Shown here: positions 1-7,569 of the stretch, piece after piece
Numbering within the stretch: position 1 is the stretch's first letter
Layout: each line of letters starts with the position of its first letter
Source of the DNA: Clostridia bacterium
GTDB taxonomy: Bacteria; Bacillota; Clostridia; Oscillospirales; Acutalibacteraceae
Direction: 5' to 3'
Assembly: GCA_017436915.1 (NCBI GenBank)
Contig: JAFSCE010000013.1
Span: 16,028-48,027, forward strand
Length of the DNA stretch: 32,000 nucleotides
Notes under the pieces: model-generated
Seen by the model: only the letters and a program-made list of their open reading frames with translations
Told to the model about the DNA's origin: nothing
Databases searched by the model: none
Position numbers and translations under genes: made by a program

Positions 1-33
1 ATCTGTGTGACGTTGTCTTGAACACAATATAGT

Positions 34-64
34 AAAAAGCCGTGCGTTAACCGCACGGCTTTTC
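34..64 (-). terminator. Intrinsic terminator hairpin downstream of pcrA
   Basis: 9-bp stem AGCCGTGCG (38-46) / CGCACGGCT (52-60) with a 5-nt loop. The A-run on the + strand gives a U-run on the - strand transcript, directly after the pcrA stop at 70-72. Confidence 0.7.
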
Positions 65-69
65 TTGTT

Positions 70-2484
70 TTATAGTCGCGTCAGTTTAGCAAAGGTCGCC
101 ATCACTTTTTTCTGACCAATCTTGTCAAAGGTGATTGTTAAGAGCGTATCGTTGCCCATCGGTTGTACGGCCTCAATGGTACCGGTGCCGAATACCTTGT
201 GACTGACTTGTTCACCGACTTGCCATTGTTCAAGTGTTGTTTTGGTGACGGGTTTGCTTGCTGAGATTCCACCGCCCGTATAACTCTTTTGAAAAGGTGC
301 TTTCGGCGGAGCGGCGAACGTGGATGGGGGCGGAGTGTAGGATGAAGAATAAGAGGAAGCAAAGGAACGCGGCCGATAAACAGATACATTTTCATGACGC
401 TTCACCAACTCCTCCGGAATGTCTTGTAAAAAGCGGGAGGGGCGATTGTGCATGGTAGAACCGTATAACAGACGGCTACCGGCTGTAGTGATAAATAATT
501 CCTGCTTAGCGCGTGTGAGCGCCACATAGCATAAACGGCGATCTTCTTCCACTTCCTCCGGTATAAACATAGTTTGTACGCCGGGGAAGATGCCGTCCTC
601 AAATCCGGGGAGAAACACCACGGGAAACTCCAAGCCCTTAGCGGTGTGCATGGTCATCAGCACCATGGCATCCGCACCGGCATCGTAGTTGTCAATATCG
701 GTCATGAGAGCGTTTTCTTCCAAGAAACCGGCAAGCGTCGGTTCGGTATCCTCGCAGGATTTTTCATAGGATTGAATGGAGGATGCCAACTCGTTGAGAT
801 TATCCACACGATCCGCCTCGGCATCGCCGGCGGCCTGCCACATGGCAAGATAGCCCGAGCGTTCCAGTACGTTGGCATATAGCTGATGTAACGAGATCTC
901 GCCGCTTTCCGCCTCGTCGCGTAAGGCGTTCATCATCTGAACAAAGGGGAGAATCTTATTTGCTGAACGGCTGAGATCTGCATAGGTATCGGCGGCAGAC
1001 AACACCTCGTATAGCGAGATCCCCTGCTGGTCCGCAAGGAGTGTTGCTTTATCAATGGTGGTATCGCCGATTCCGCGCTTTGGCTCGTTGATGATACGCT
1101 TTAAGCTTACACGATCGTTCGGATTGTTAATAACACGCAGGTAGGCGATCATGTCACGTACTTCTTTGGTGTCGTTAAAGCGGTGACCACCGATGATACG
1201 GTAGGGAATACCGCTTTTCACCAAAGCACGTTCGATGGCGTTGGATTGCGCGTTGGCGCGGTACAGTACCGCCATATCACGGTAGCGGTAGTCGCCGGTT
1301 GCTACTTTATCAAAGACCTTTTGTGCGATGAAACGGCCTTCCTCGTCTTCGTTTTCAAGTGCATGCCACTGTAACAATTCGCCTTTTGCATTTTGCGTCC
1401 ACAGCGTTTTGCCTTTTCGGTTAATGTTTTTGGCAATCACCGCGTTTGCGGCATCCAGGATATTTTGCGTGGAACGATAATTTTGTTCCAAGCGGATAAC
1501 GGTACAGTTCGGGAACTGATCCTCAAATTCCAAAATATTCTTAACCGTCGCACCGCGGAACTTGTAAATGCTTTGATCGTCGTCACCGACGACACAGAGG
1601 TTTTGACTTTTTTGAGCCAACAGACTCACAAAGCGGTACTGCGCGTGGTTGGTGTCCTGATATTCGTCGATCATCAGATAGTGGTATCGGTTTTGGTATT
1701 TTTGCAGTACGGCTTCGTTGGTTTCAAACAACTCAACGGTCTTACAAAGCAGATCATCAAAATCCATGGCGTCTGCCTCTTGTAAGCGTTTTTGATACAG
1801 AGCATAGCAGTCGGCAACCTTTTTAAGGCGGAAATCACTACCTGCCGAAACCGCAAACTCCTCGGGCGAAATTAACGCATCTTTTGCTCGGCTTATCTCA
1901 TTTAAGATTTGCTTGTGACCGATGACGCGCTCCTCAATGTTTAGCGACTTCATACACTCTTTCATAAGCCGACGGCTGTCATCGGTATCGTAAATGGTGA
2001 AATGCGACGAATACCCGAGCGTTTCACCGTCTGTACGGAGAATACGTGCACAGAAGGAATGGAAGGTGCCCGCCATGACTTGTTCGCCTTCGCTGCCCAA
2101 CATACAAGAGAGCCGCTCCTTGAGTTCACCGGCTGCCTTGTTGGTAAAGGTGATGGCAAGAATGCGCCACGCGGGACACGGATCCACGGCACACAAACGA
2201 ATGATTCGTTCATCGATTGGATCAATACCGTCTGCACAGCGGCGAAGAGCTTCCTCGTCTTCGGTAGTGAGAGCGGGAAACAGATTGCTTTCGTAGGCCT
2301 TGCCATACCGCACCATGTTCGCAATACGATTGACCAGTACGGTCGTTTTACCGCTTCCTGCACCGGCAAGAATCAAGAGTGGCCCCTCGGTATGAAACAC
2401 TGCTTGTTTTTGAGGTGTGTTCATACGGGAAAATTCACGCTCTAAAATGCGGCGACGTAGGGAAAGAAAAGTTTGAGTATCCAT
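70..2484 (-). CDS. pcrA: ATP-dependent DNA helicase PcrA (UvrD/Rep superfamily 1)
   Basis: SF1 helicase motifs are present: AGAGSGKTT (Walker A), DEYQDTN (motif II), QNYRST, MTMHTAKGLEFPVVFL, VALTRAK. I placed the start at ATG 2482-2484 (MDTQTF...) because the longer ORF to 2619 runs through the oadB terminator and into the oadB 3' end. An AAAGGA RBS lies upstream. Confidence 0.9.
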   Translation of the reverse strand: MDTQTFLSLRRRILEREFSRMNTPQKQAVFHTEGPLLILAGAGSGKTTVLVNRIANMVRYGKAYESNLFPALTTEDEEALRRCADGIDPIDERIIRLCAVDPCPAWRILAITFTNKAAGELKERLSCMLGSEGEQVMAGTFHSFCARILRTDGETLGYSSHFTIYDTDDSRRLMKECMKSLNIEERVIGHKQILNEISRAKDALISPEEFAVSAGSDFRLKKVADCYALYQKRLQEADAMDFDDLLCKTVELFETNEAVLQKYQNRYHYLMIDEYQDTNHAQYRFVSLLAQKSQNLCVVGDDDQSIYKFRGATVKNILEFEDQFPNCTVIRLEQNYRSTQNILDAANAVIAKNINRKGKTLWTQNAKGELLQWHALENEDEEGRFIAQKVFDKVATGDYRYRDMAVLYRANAQSNAIERALVKSGIPYRIIGGHRFNDTKEVRDMIAYLRVINNPNDRVSLKRIINEPKRGIGDTTIDKATLLADQQGISLYEVLSAADTYADLSRSANKILPFVQMMNALRDEAESGEISLHQLYANVLERSGYLAMWQAAGDAEADRVDNLNELASSIQSYEKSCEDTEPTLAGFLEENALMTDIDNYDAGADAMVLMTMHTAKGLEFPVVFLPGFEDGIFPGVQTMFIPEEVEEDRRLCYVALTRAKQELFITTAGSRLLYGSTMHNRPSRFLQDIPEELVKRHENVSVYRPRSFASSYSSSYTPPPSTFAAPPKAPFQKSYTGGGISASKPVTKTTLEQWQVGEQVSHKVFGTGTIEAVQPMGNDTLLTITFDKIGQKKVMATFAKLTRL

Positions 2485-2507
2485 AACGATCGTCCTTTTC
2501 GATAAGC

Positions 2508-2535
2508 AAAGGCGGGGAGGTGAATCCCCGCCTTT
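2508..2535 (-). terminator. Hairpin downstream of the decarboxylase beta-subunit gene (weak U-tract)
   Basis: 11-bp stem AAAGGCGGGGA (2508-2518) / TCCCCGCCTTT (2525-2535) with a 6-nt loop, between the stop at 2543 and the pcrA start at 2484. Confidence 0.55.
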
Positions 2536-2542
2536 AAGTTGT

Positions 2543-3955
2543 TTAACCGAATAATGTGAGCAGTACACCGGCAGCAACGGCCGAGCCGATAACGCCTGCC
2601 ACGTTCGGGCCCATCGCATGCATCAAAAGGAAGTTGCTCGGGTTTTCGCTTTGCCCGACTTTTTGTGCAACGCGCGCAGCCATCGGTACGGCAGAAACAC
2701 CGGCGGAGCCGATTAGCGGATTGACTTTACCGCCCGTAAACACATACATTAATTTACCGAATAAGACACCGCCTGCTGTACCCATGCAGAACGCAATAAG
2801 ACCAAGGCAGATGATTAACAGTGTTTTCGGTTGCAGGAATGTGTGTGCATTTGCAGTGGCACCAACCGTCACACCGAGTACAATGGTGACGATGTTCATC
2901 AACTCGTTTTGTGCGGTTTTAGTCAAACGCTCTACCACGCCGCTTTCACGGAACAGGTTACCAAGCATCAGCATACCGATGAGGGGTGCGGCACTGGGCA
3001 ACAGCAACACGCAGATAATCGTAACAAATATCGGGAAAAGGATCTTTTCTGTTTTGGAAACGGTACGTAGCTGCGTCATCACGACCGAGCGTTCCTTCTT
3101 GGTGGTAAGTGCTTTCATGATAGGCGGCTGGATGATAGGAACCAGTGCCATATACGAATACGCTGCTACTGCGATTGCACCGAGCAGATGCGGAGCGAGC
3201 TTCGAGGTTAAGAAGATGGCGGTTGGCCCGTCGGCGCCGCCTATAATGGCAATGGAAGCCGCTTCTTGAGCTGTAAAGAGAATGTTAAAGTCCTCTGCAA
3301 AGGGAAGCAGTCCCAAAAGGCGAGCACCGAGGAATGTGATAAAGATACCAAGCTGTGCAGCGGCACCGAGCAAGAAGCTCTTGGGGTTGGATAAAAGCGG
3401 ACCGAAATCCGTCATACAACCGATACCGAGGAAGATCAGCGGGGGATAGATGCCGAACTTAACTCCCTGATATAAGTACCACAGCAAGCCACCCTGCTCG
3501 AAGTGTTCCCAGTACGGAACGATTGCGCGAGCGGTACCATCGGCCTCACGTTCCACTTTATACAGCTTAGTGTCCAGCTTCAGAACCTCAACACCGTTCT
3601 CGTTTGTATAGATATACGCTTCATATTCATTCGAAAGGGTAACATAGTTTACGGAAACCGGATAGTTTTGTTCATATGTACCGTCCACGTAGGCGGCTAA
3701 TTCCGCGTCGGTAAACTCAACCAGTGAGTTTTGCTGCGGATCCATAACCCCACCAAGCGGCAGGTTAACAAGCAACATACCAAACGCGATGGGGAGGAGC
3801 AACAACGGCTCGTATTGTTTCTTGATTGCCAAAAACATCAGCACGCAAGCAATGCCGATCATGATCAGGTTTTTCCAACCGCCGTTTTCGAAATTGAATA
3901 AACGGGCAAAACCGGATTCTTCCCAAATTTGTGCAAAGGCTTCCCAAAAATTCAT
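2543..3955 (-). CDS. Sodium-ion-translocating decarboxylase beta subunit (OadB/GcdB/MmdB family), 470 aa
   Basis: Family-typical strings: KKQYEPLLLLPIAFG, MTDFGPLL, IIGGADGPTAIF, AAYSYMALVPIIQPPIM, GSAGVSAVPMAAR, LLMHAMGPNVAGVIGSAVAAG. The protein is polytopic. A GGAGGAG RBS precedes ATG 3955. Confidence 0.88.
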   Translation of the reverse strand: MNFWEAFAQIWEESGFARLFNFENGGWKNLIMIGIACVLMFLAIKKQYEPLLLLPIAFGMLLVNLPLGGVMDPQQNSLVEFTDAELAAYVDGTYEQNYPVSVNYVTLSNEYEAYIYTNENGVEVLKLDTKLYKVEREADGTARAIVPYWEHFEQGGLLWYLYQGVKFGIYPPLIFLGIGCMTDFGPLLSNPKSFLLGAAAQLGIFITFLGARLLGLLPFAEDFNILFTAQEAASIAIIGGADGPTAIFLTSKLAPHLLGAIAVAAYSYMALVPIIQPPIMKALTTKKERSVVMTQLRTVSKTEKILFPIFVTIICVLLLPSAAPLIGMLMLGNLFRESGVVERLTKTAQNELMNIVTIVLGVTVGATANAHTFLQPKTLLIICLGLIAFCMGTAGGVLFGKLMYVFTGGKVNPLIGSAGVSAVPMAARVAQKVGQSENPSNFLLMHAMGPNVAGVIGSAVAAGVLLTLFG

Positions 3956-3967
3956 AGCGGCTCCTCC

Positions 3968-4348
3968 TTAAAACGGTTGCGTGTTTTCGGCAATGCCGGC
4001 GGCAGCCCAAGCGGGACGAACGCCCGTCCGTGCCGAAGCAATACGTCGAACGGTATATTGTTTTCCACCGTCTGACATGGCGGCAACGGCAGCGGCAATT
4101 ACCGCAACGACTTCATCCGAGATGCCGTCTTCTACCACGGGTGCAGCTTTGGGAGCATGTGTGGGCGTGGGAACAATTTGGGGTGTCGGTTCCTTTTCTT
4201 TGCCGCGAGCAACGGCGCCGAAGGCCCAAAAGATAACGGTGAGCAATAACAAGGCAGCAAAGACCACACAAAAACCGATTAATACCGTCATACCGGCCTC
4301 GGATAACAATGTGGAGGTGTCAATTGCTGCGGTTAATAACGAATTCAT
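3968..4348 (-). CDS. OadG-family (decarboxylase gamma-like) small membrane protein
   Basis: Single N-terminal TM helix (MTVLIGFCVVFAALLLLTVIFWAF), then a Pro/Ala-rich linker and a C-terminal tail ending ..RPAWAAAGIAENTQPF, as in OadG-family proteins. It sits immediately upstream of the beta subunit with a 12-nt gap. Confidence 0.7.
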   Translation of the reverse strand: MNSLLTAAIDTSTLLSEAGMTVLIGFCVVFAALLLLTVIFWAFGAVARGKEKEPTPQIVPTPTHAPKAAPVVEDGISDEVVAVIAAAVAAMSDGGKQYTVRRIASARTGVRPAWAAAGIAENTQPF

Positions 4349-4487
4349 ACAATTACCCCATTTCTAAAAGCAAAGCTGGATAAAACCACAATCTAACCCA
4401 TATTAAACTCTTTATTTAAGTATAGCTCAAAACGAGGCAAAAAGCAATGATTTTACGGCAAAAAACGAAGAAAATCGGACAATAAAC

Positions 4488-4516
4488 TTGAACTTATTGA
4501 AAGAGTGCAGTATACT
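4488..4516 (+). promoter_or_regulatory. SigA-type promoter for the phosphoglycerate mutase gene
   Basis: TTGAAC (4488-4493), 17-nt spacer, TATACT (4511-4516), about 20 nt upstream of ATG 4538. Confidence 0.55.
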
Positions 4517-4537
4517 GTTTTAAAAGAGGTGATCCTT

Positions 4538-5743
4538 ATGAAATATATCGTATTATTGTGTGACGGCATGGCTGACCGTCCGTTTGAAGAACTGCAGGGG
4601 AAAACCCCCATGCAGTTGGCTGAAAAACCGAATATGGATGCTTTGGCGGCGTTGTCCGAGGTAGGAATGGTGAAAACCGTTCCGGACGGTATGGCTCCGG
4701 GCAGTGACGTTGCCAACTTATCGGTGCTTGGTTATTGCCCCAAAGATTGCTATACCGGTCGTTCCCCTCTGGAAGCGGCAAACATTGGCATTGAATTGGC
4801 TGACGACGATATTGCTTTCCGTTGCAATTTGGTGACCTTATCCGATGCGCCCGTGTACGAGGATAAAACCATGGATGATTATTGCGCGGGTGATATCCAC
4901 ACCAAAGAGGCGGACGCCATTATTAAATCGGTACAGGAAGCGTTTGGCGGCGGTGAATTTGATTTTTATACCGGAACGGCATATCGCCATTGTTTGGTGT
5001 GGCACAAAGGCAAAACGAAACTTGGCACGCTGACGCCGCCGCACGACATCAGCGGAAAAGTAATCGGGGAGTATTTGCCCAATCAGGCAGAAGCAGCTCC
5101 GCTTTATGACATGATGCGTCGCAGTACGGAGTTACTTCGTGATCATCCCGTGAACGTGAGTCGACGTGAAAAGGGTCTTAATCCTGCCAATGCAATATGG
5201 CTGTGGGGATACGGTAAGCGACCGCAGCTCCAAAAGTTTGAGGAGCGTTTCGGAGTAAAGGGTGCCATGGTATCCGCTGTCGATCTGCTCAAAGGCATTG
5301 CTCGTTTATCGGAAATGCAAGTGTGTGAAGTAGAAGGCGCAACCGGATATCTTGATACCAATTTTGCCGGTAAGATGGAGGCCGCGTTCGAAGCACTGAA
5401 AACCAACGATTTGGTATATATTCACGTGGAAGCACCGGATGAGTGCGGTCACCGTGGTGAGCCGCAAAATAAGGTGAAAGCGATTGAGGAAATTGATCGT
5501 CAGATCTTAGGGCCGATCTTAGAGAAAATGAAAACGCTTGACGATGTGTCGATCATGATTTTACCCGATCACCCGACGCCGCTTTCCATTCGCACGCATT
5601 CTTCTGAACCGGTACCGTATTTGCTGTATCGCAGTAATGCAAAACAAGATAGCGGTATCACTTGCTTCACCGAAGAAACGGCGGCATCAACCGGTAACAT
5701 GGTTTCGGAAGGTTCGGATATGATGCGTAAACTGTTAAGTTGA
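4538..5743 (+). CDS. apgM: Cofactor-independent phosphoglycerate mutase, archaeal ApgM type
   Basis: N-terminus MKYIVLLCDGMADRP and metal-site string HVEAPDECGHRG are typical of the ApgM / metalloenzyme superfamily. RBS AAGAGGTG lies 6 nt before ATG 4538; the upstream ATG 4505 has no RBS. Confidence 0.85.
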   Translation: MKYIVLLCDGMADRPFEELQGKTPMQLAEKPNMDALAALSEVGMVKTVPDGMAPGSDVANLSVLGYCPKDCYTGRSPLEAANIGIELADDDIAFRCNLVTLSDAPVYEDKTMDDYCAGDIHTKEADAIIKSVQEAFGGGEFDFYTGTAYRHCLVWHKGKTKLGTLTPPHDISGKVIGEYLPNQAEAAPLYDMMRRSTELLRDHPVNVSRREKGLNPANAIWLWGYGKRPQLQKFEERFGVKGAMVSAVDLLKGIARLSEMQVCEVEGATGYLDTNFAGKMEAAFEALKTNDLVYIHVEAPDECGHRGEPQNKVKAIEEIDRQILGPILEKMKTLDDVSIMILPDHPTPLSIRTHSSEPVPYLLYRSNAKQDSGITCFTEETAASTGNMVSEGSDMMRKLLS

Positions 5744-5760
5744 TTATAATTTCATAAAGA

Positions 5761-5794
5761 AAACCCCCGACGGAATCATACCGTCGGGGGTTTT
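5761..5794. terminator. Bidirectional intrinsic terminator between convergent apgM and hydA
   Basis: 10-bp stem CCCCCGACGG (5764-5773) / CCGTCGGGGG (5781-5790), flanked by AAA on the 5' side and TTTT on the 3' side. Confidence 0.85.
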
Positions 5795-5805
5795 GTTATG
5801 CGTTC

Positions 5806-7551
5806 TTATTTGAACTTTTTGCGAGCCACGTAGGTCGTGTGCAGGCAATGATGTGCTTTATGACCGCCGATACCGTCATCAAAGAACTCCTCATAGAGTT
5901 TCTTGATAACCGGAGATTCGTGGGACTTGCGCAACGTCATTGCTTCGTCCTGATCGTACAACGCTTTGGCACGCAGAGCTTTCAGATCGGTGAAGTTACG
6001 GACAGATGCGGGTTGGATGGGCTGACCGCCACCGTTGACACAGCCGCCGGGGCAGCACATGATCTCAACGAAATGCCAGGGAGCCGTACCGCTCTTGATC
6101 TGATCCATGATATAGTTCGCGTTGGCAATGCCGCTTGCGACAGCGACCTTCACTTCCATGCCGGCAATGTTGTAGGTGGCTTCCTTGAGGCCATCCGTGC
6201 CGCGCACTTCTTTGAATTCGACTTCCTTGTTGTCCTTTTCGGTCAACCAGTCGTTCGCGGTGCGCAGAGCAGCTTCCATAACGCCGCCGGTTGCACCGAA
6301 GATAACAGCAGCGCCGGTATCCTCACCCAAAGGCGCGTCGAACTCCTCGTCGGGAAGCAGGTCAAACTTGATACCTGCACGGTCGATCATACGAGCCAAC
6401 TCACGGGTGGTGATAACGTGATCGATATCCGCCACACCGGCAGCATTCTGATCGTCACGGCCGCACTCGAATTTCTTCGCGGTGCAGGGCATAACGGATA
6501 CGTTAACGATATCCTTAGGATCAATGCCCATCTTCTGAGCGTAGTAGGTCTTAATAACCGCACCGCTCATCTGCTGAGGCGATTTGCAGGAGGACAGATG
6601 ATCCAGCTGATCCGGATAATAGTACTCCGCAAATTTTACCCAACCGGGCGAGCAGGAAGTGATCATCGGGAGAACGCCCTTGTTCTGTACACGCTGTACA
6701 AACTCGTTGGCTTCCTCGACGATCGTCAAGTCAGCACCGAAGTTGGTGTCGAACACTTTGTCAAAGCCCAAACGGCGCAAAGCAGCGACCATTTTGCCTT
6801 CCACGTTGGTGCCGACCGGCATGCCGAACGCTTCGCCCAACGTCGCACGGATGGAAGGAGCCGTGGTAACGACCACGTGTTTGGTAGGATCGGCCAGCGC
6901 TTCCCAAACCGGCGTGGTGCTATCGGTATCGATAAGAGCGCCGGTGGGGCAGACGGCAACGCACTGACCGCAGGATACGCAGGGAACGTCGCCCAGCGGT
7001 TTTTCAAACGCACAAGCAATGTGGGTATCGATACCACGATCATTAGCACCGATAACCGAAACAAATTGCTGACGGCAAGCCGCTACGCAGCGACGGCACA
7101 GAATACATTTGTTGTTATCGCGAACCAAGTGCGCGGTGGACTTATCCAGCTCATAGACCGGACGATCACCATCAAACTTGCCGCTGTCCTCAACACCGTA
7201 ATCTTTGCACATCTTCTGCAGTTCGCAGTTGGTGGAACGCTCGCAGGACAAGCATTTCTTCTCGTGGGTGGAGAGGATCAGCTCCAACGTGGTCTTGCGG
7301 GCTTTCTGCACGCGAGCGGTGTTGGTCTGGATCTCCATACCTTCTGCAACGGGGTACACGCAAGCGGTAACCAGACCGCGAGCGCCGGTTGCTTCGACAA
7401 CGCAGATACGGCAAGCGCCGATCTCGTTGATATCCTTCAAATAGCACAGGGTGGGGATTTCCACACCGGCTTGACGGGCGGCCTCCAGAATGGTGGAACC
7501 CTTGGGGACACTAACGGCAATGCCGTTTACTTTTACATTTACCATTTCCAT
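5806..7551 (-). CDS. hydA: [FeFe]-hydrogenase catalytic subunit HydA (multimeric/bifurcating type: N-terminal 2Fe-2S and 4Fe-4S domains plus H-cluster domain)
   Basis: The N-terminus is plant-type ferredoxin-like (CYLKDINEIGACRICVVE) and two CxxCxxCxxxCP motifs follow. H-domain motifs are TSCSPGW, MPCTAKKFE and EIMCCPGGCVNGGGQP. I chose ATG 7551 (MEMVNV) as the start, 10 nt after GGAAGGAG; the GTG at 7560 abuts the RBS. Confidence 0.92.
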   Translation of the reverse strand: MEMVNVKVNGIAVSVPKGSTILEAARQAGVEIPTLCYLKDINEIGACRICVVEATGARGLVTACVYPVAEGMEIQTNTARVQKARKTTLELILSTHEKKCLSCERSTNCELQKMCKDYGVEDSGKFDGDRPVYELDKSTAHLVRDNNKCILCRRCVAACRQQFVSVIGANDRGIDTHIACAFEKPLGDVPCVSCGQCVAVCPTGALIDTDSTTPVWEALADPTKHVVVTTAPSIRATLGEAFGMPVGTNVEGKMVAALRRLGFDKVFDTNFGADLTIVEEANEFVQRVQNKGVLPMITSCSPGWVKFAEYYYPDQLDHLSSCKSPQQMSGAVIKTYYAQKMGIDPKDIVNVSVMPCTAKKFECGRDDQNAAGVADIDHVITTRELARMIDRAGIKFDLLPDEEFDAPLGEDTGAAVIFGATGGVMEAALRTANDWLTEKDNKEVEFKEVRGTDGLKEATYNIAGMEVKVAVASGIANANYIMDQIKSGTAPWHFVEIMCCPGGCVNGGGQPIQPASVRNFTDLKALRAKALYDQDEAMTLRKSHESPVIKKLYEEFFDDGIGGHKAHHCLHTTYVARKKFK

Positions 7552-7569
7552 GACAGGCACACTCCTTCC

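Noticed and set aside
2485-2619. N-terminal extensions offered by the ORF track for pcrA (to 2619), metG (to 20422), tatD (to 18389), apgM (from 4505), the small membrane protein (from 23395) and the XRE gene (from 31301).
   Set aside because: In each case the extension runs through a terminator hairpin or a neighbouring gene, lacks an RBS, and precedes an internal ATG that has a good GGAGG-type RBS and the conserved family N-terminus.
2556-3269. 237-aa ORF on the + strand inside the decarboxylase beta-subunit gene.
   Set aside because: It is antisense to a gene with many family-specific strings. Its Pro/Ala/Thr-rich translation is typical of a shadow frame.
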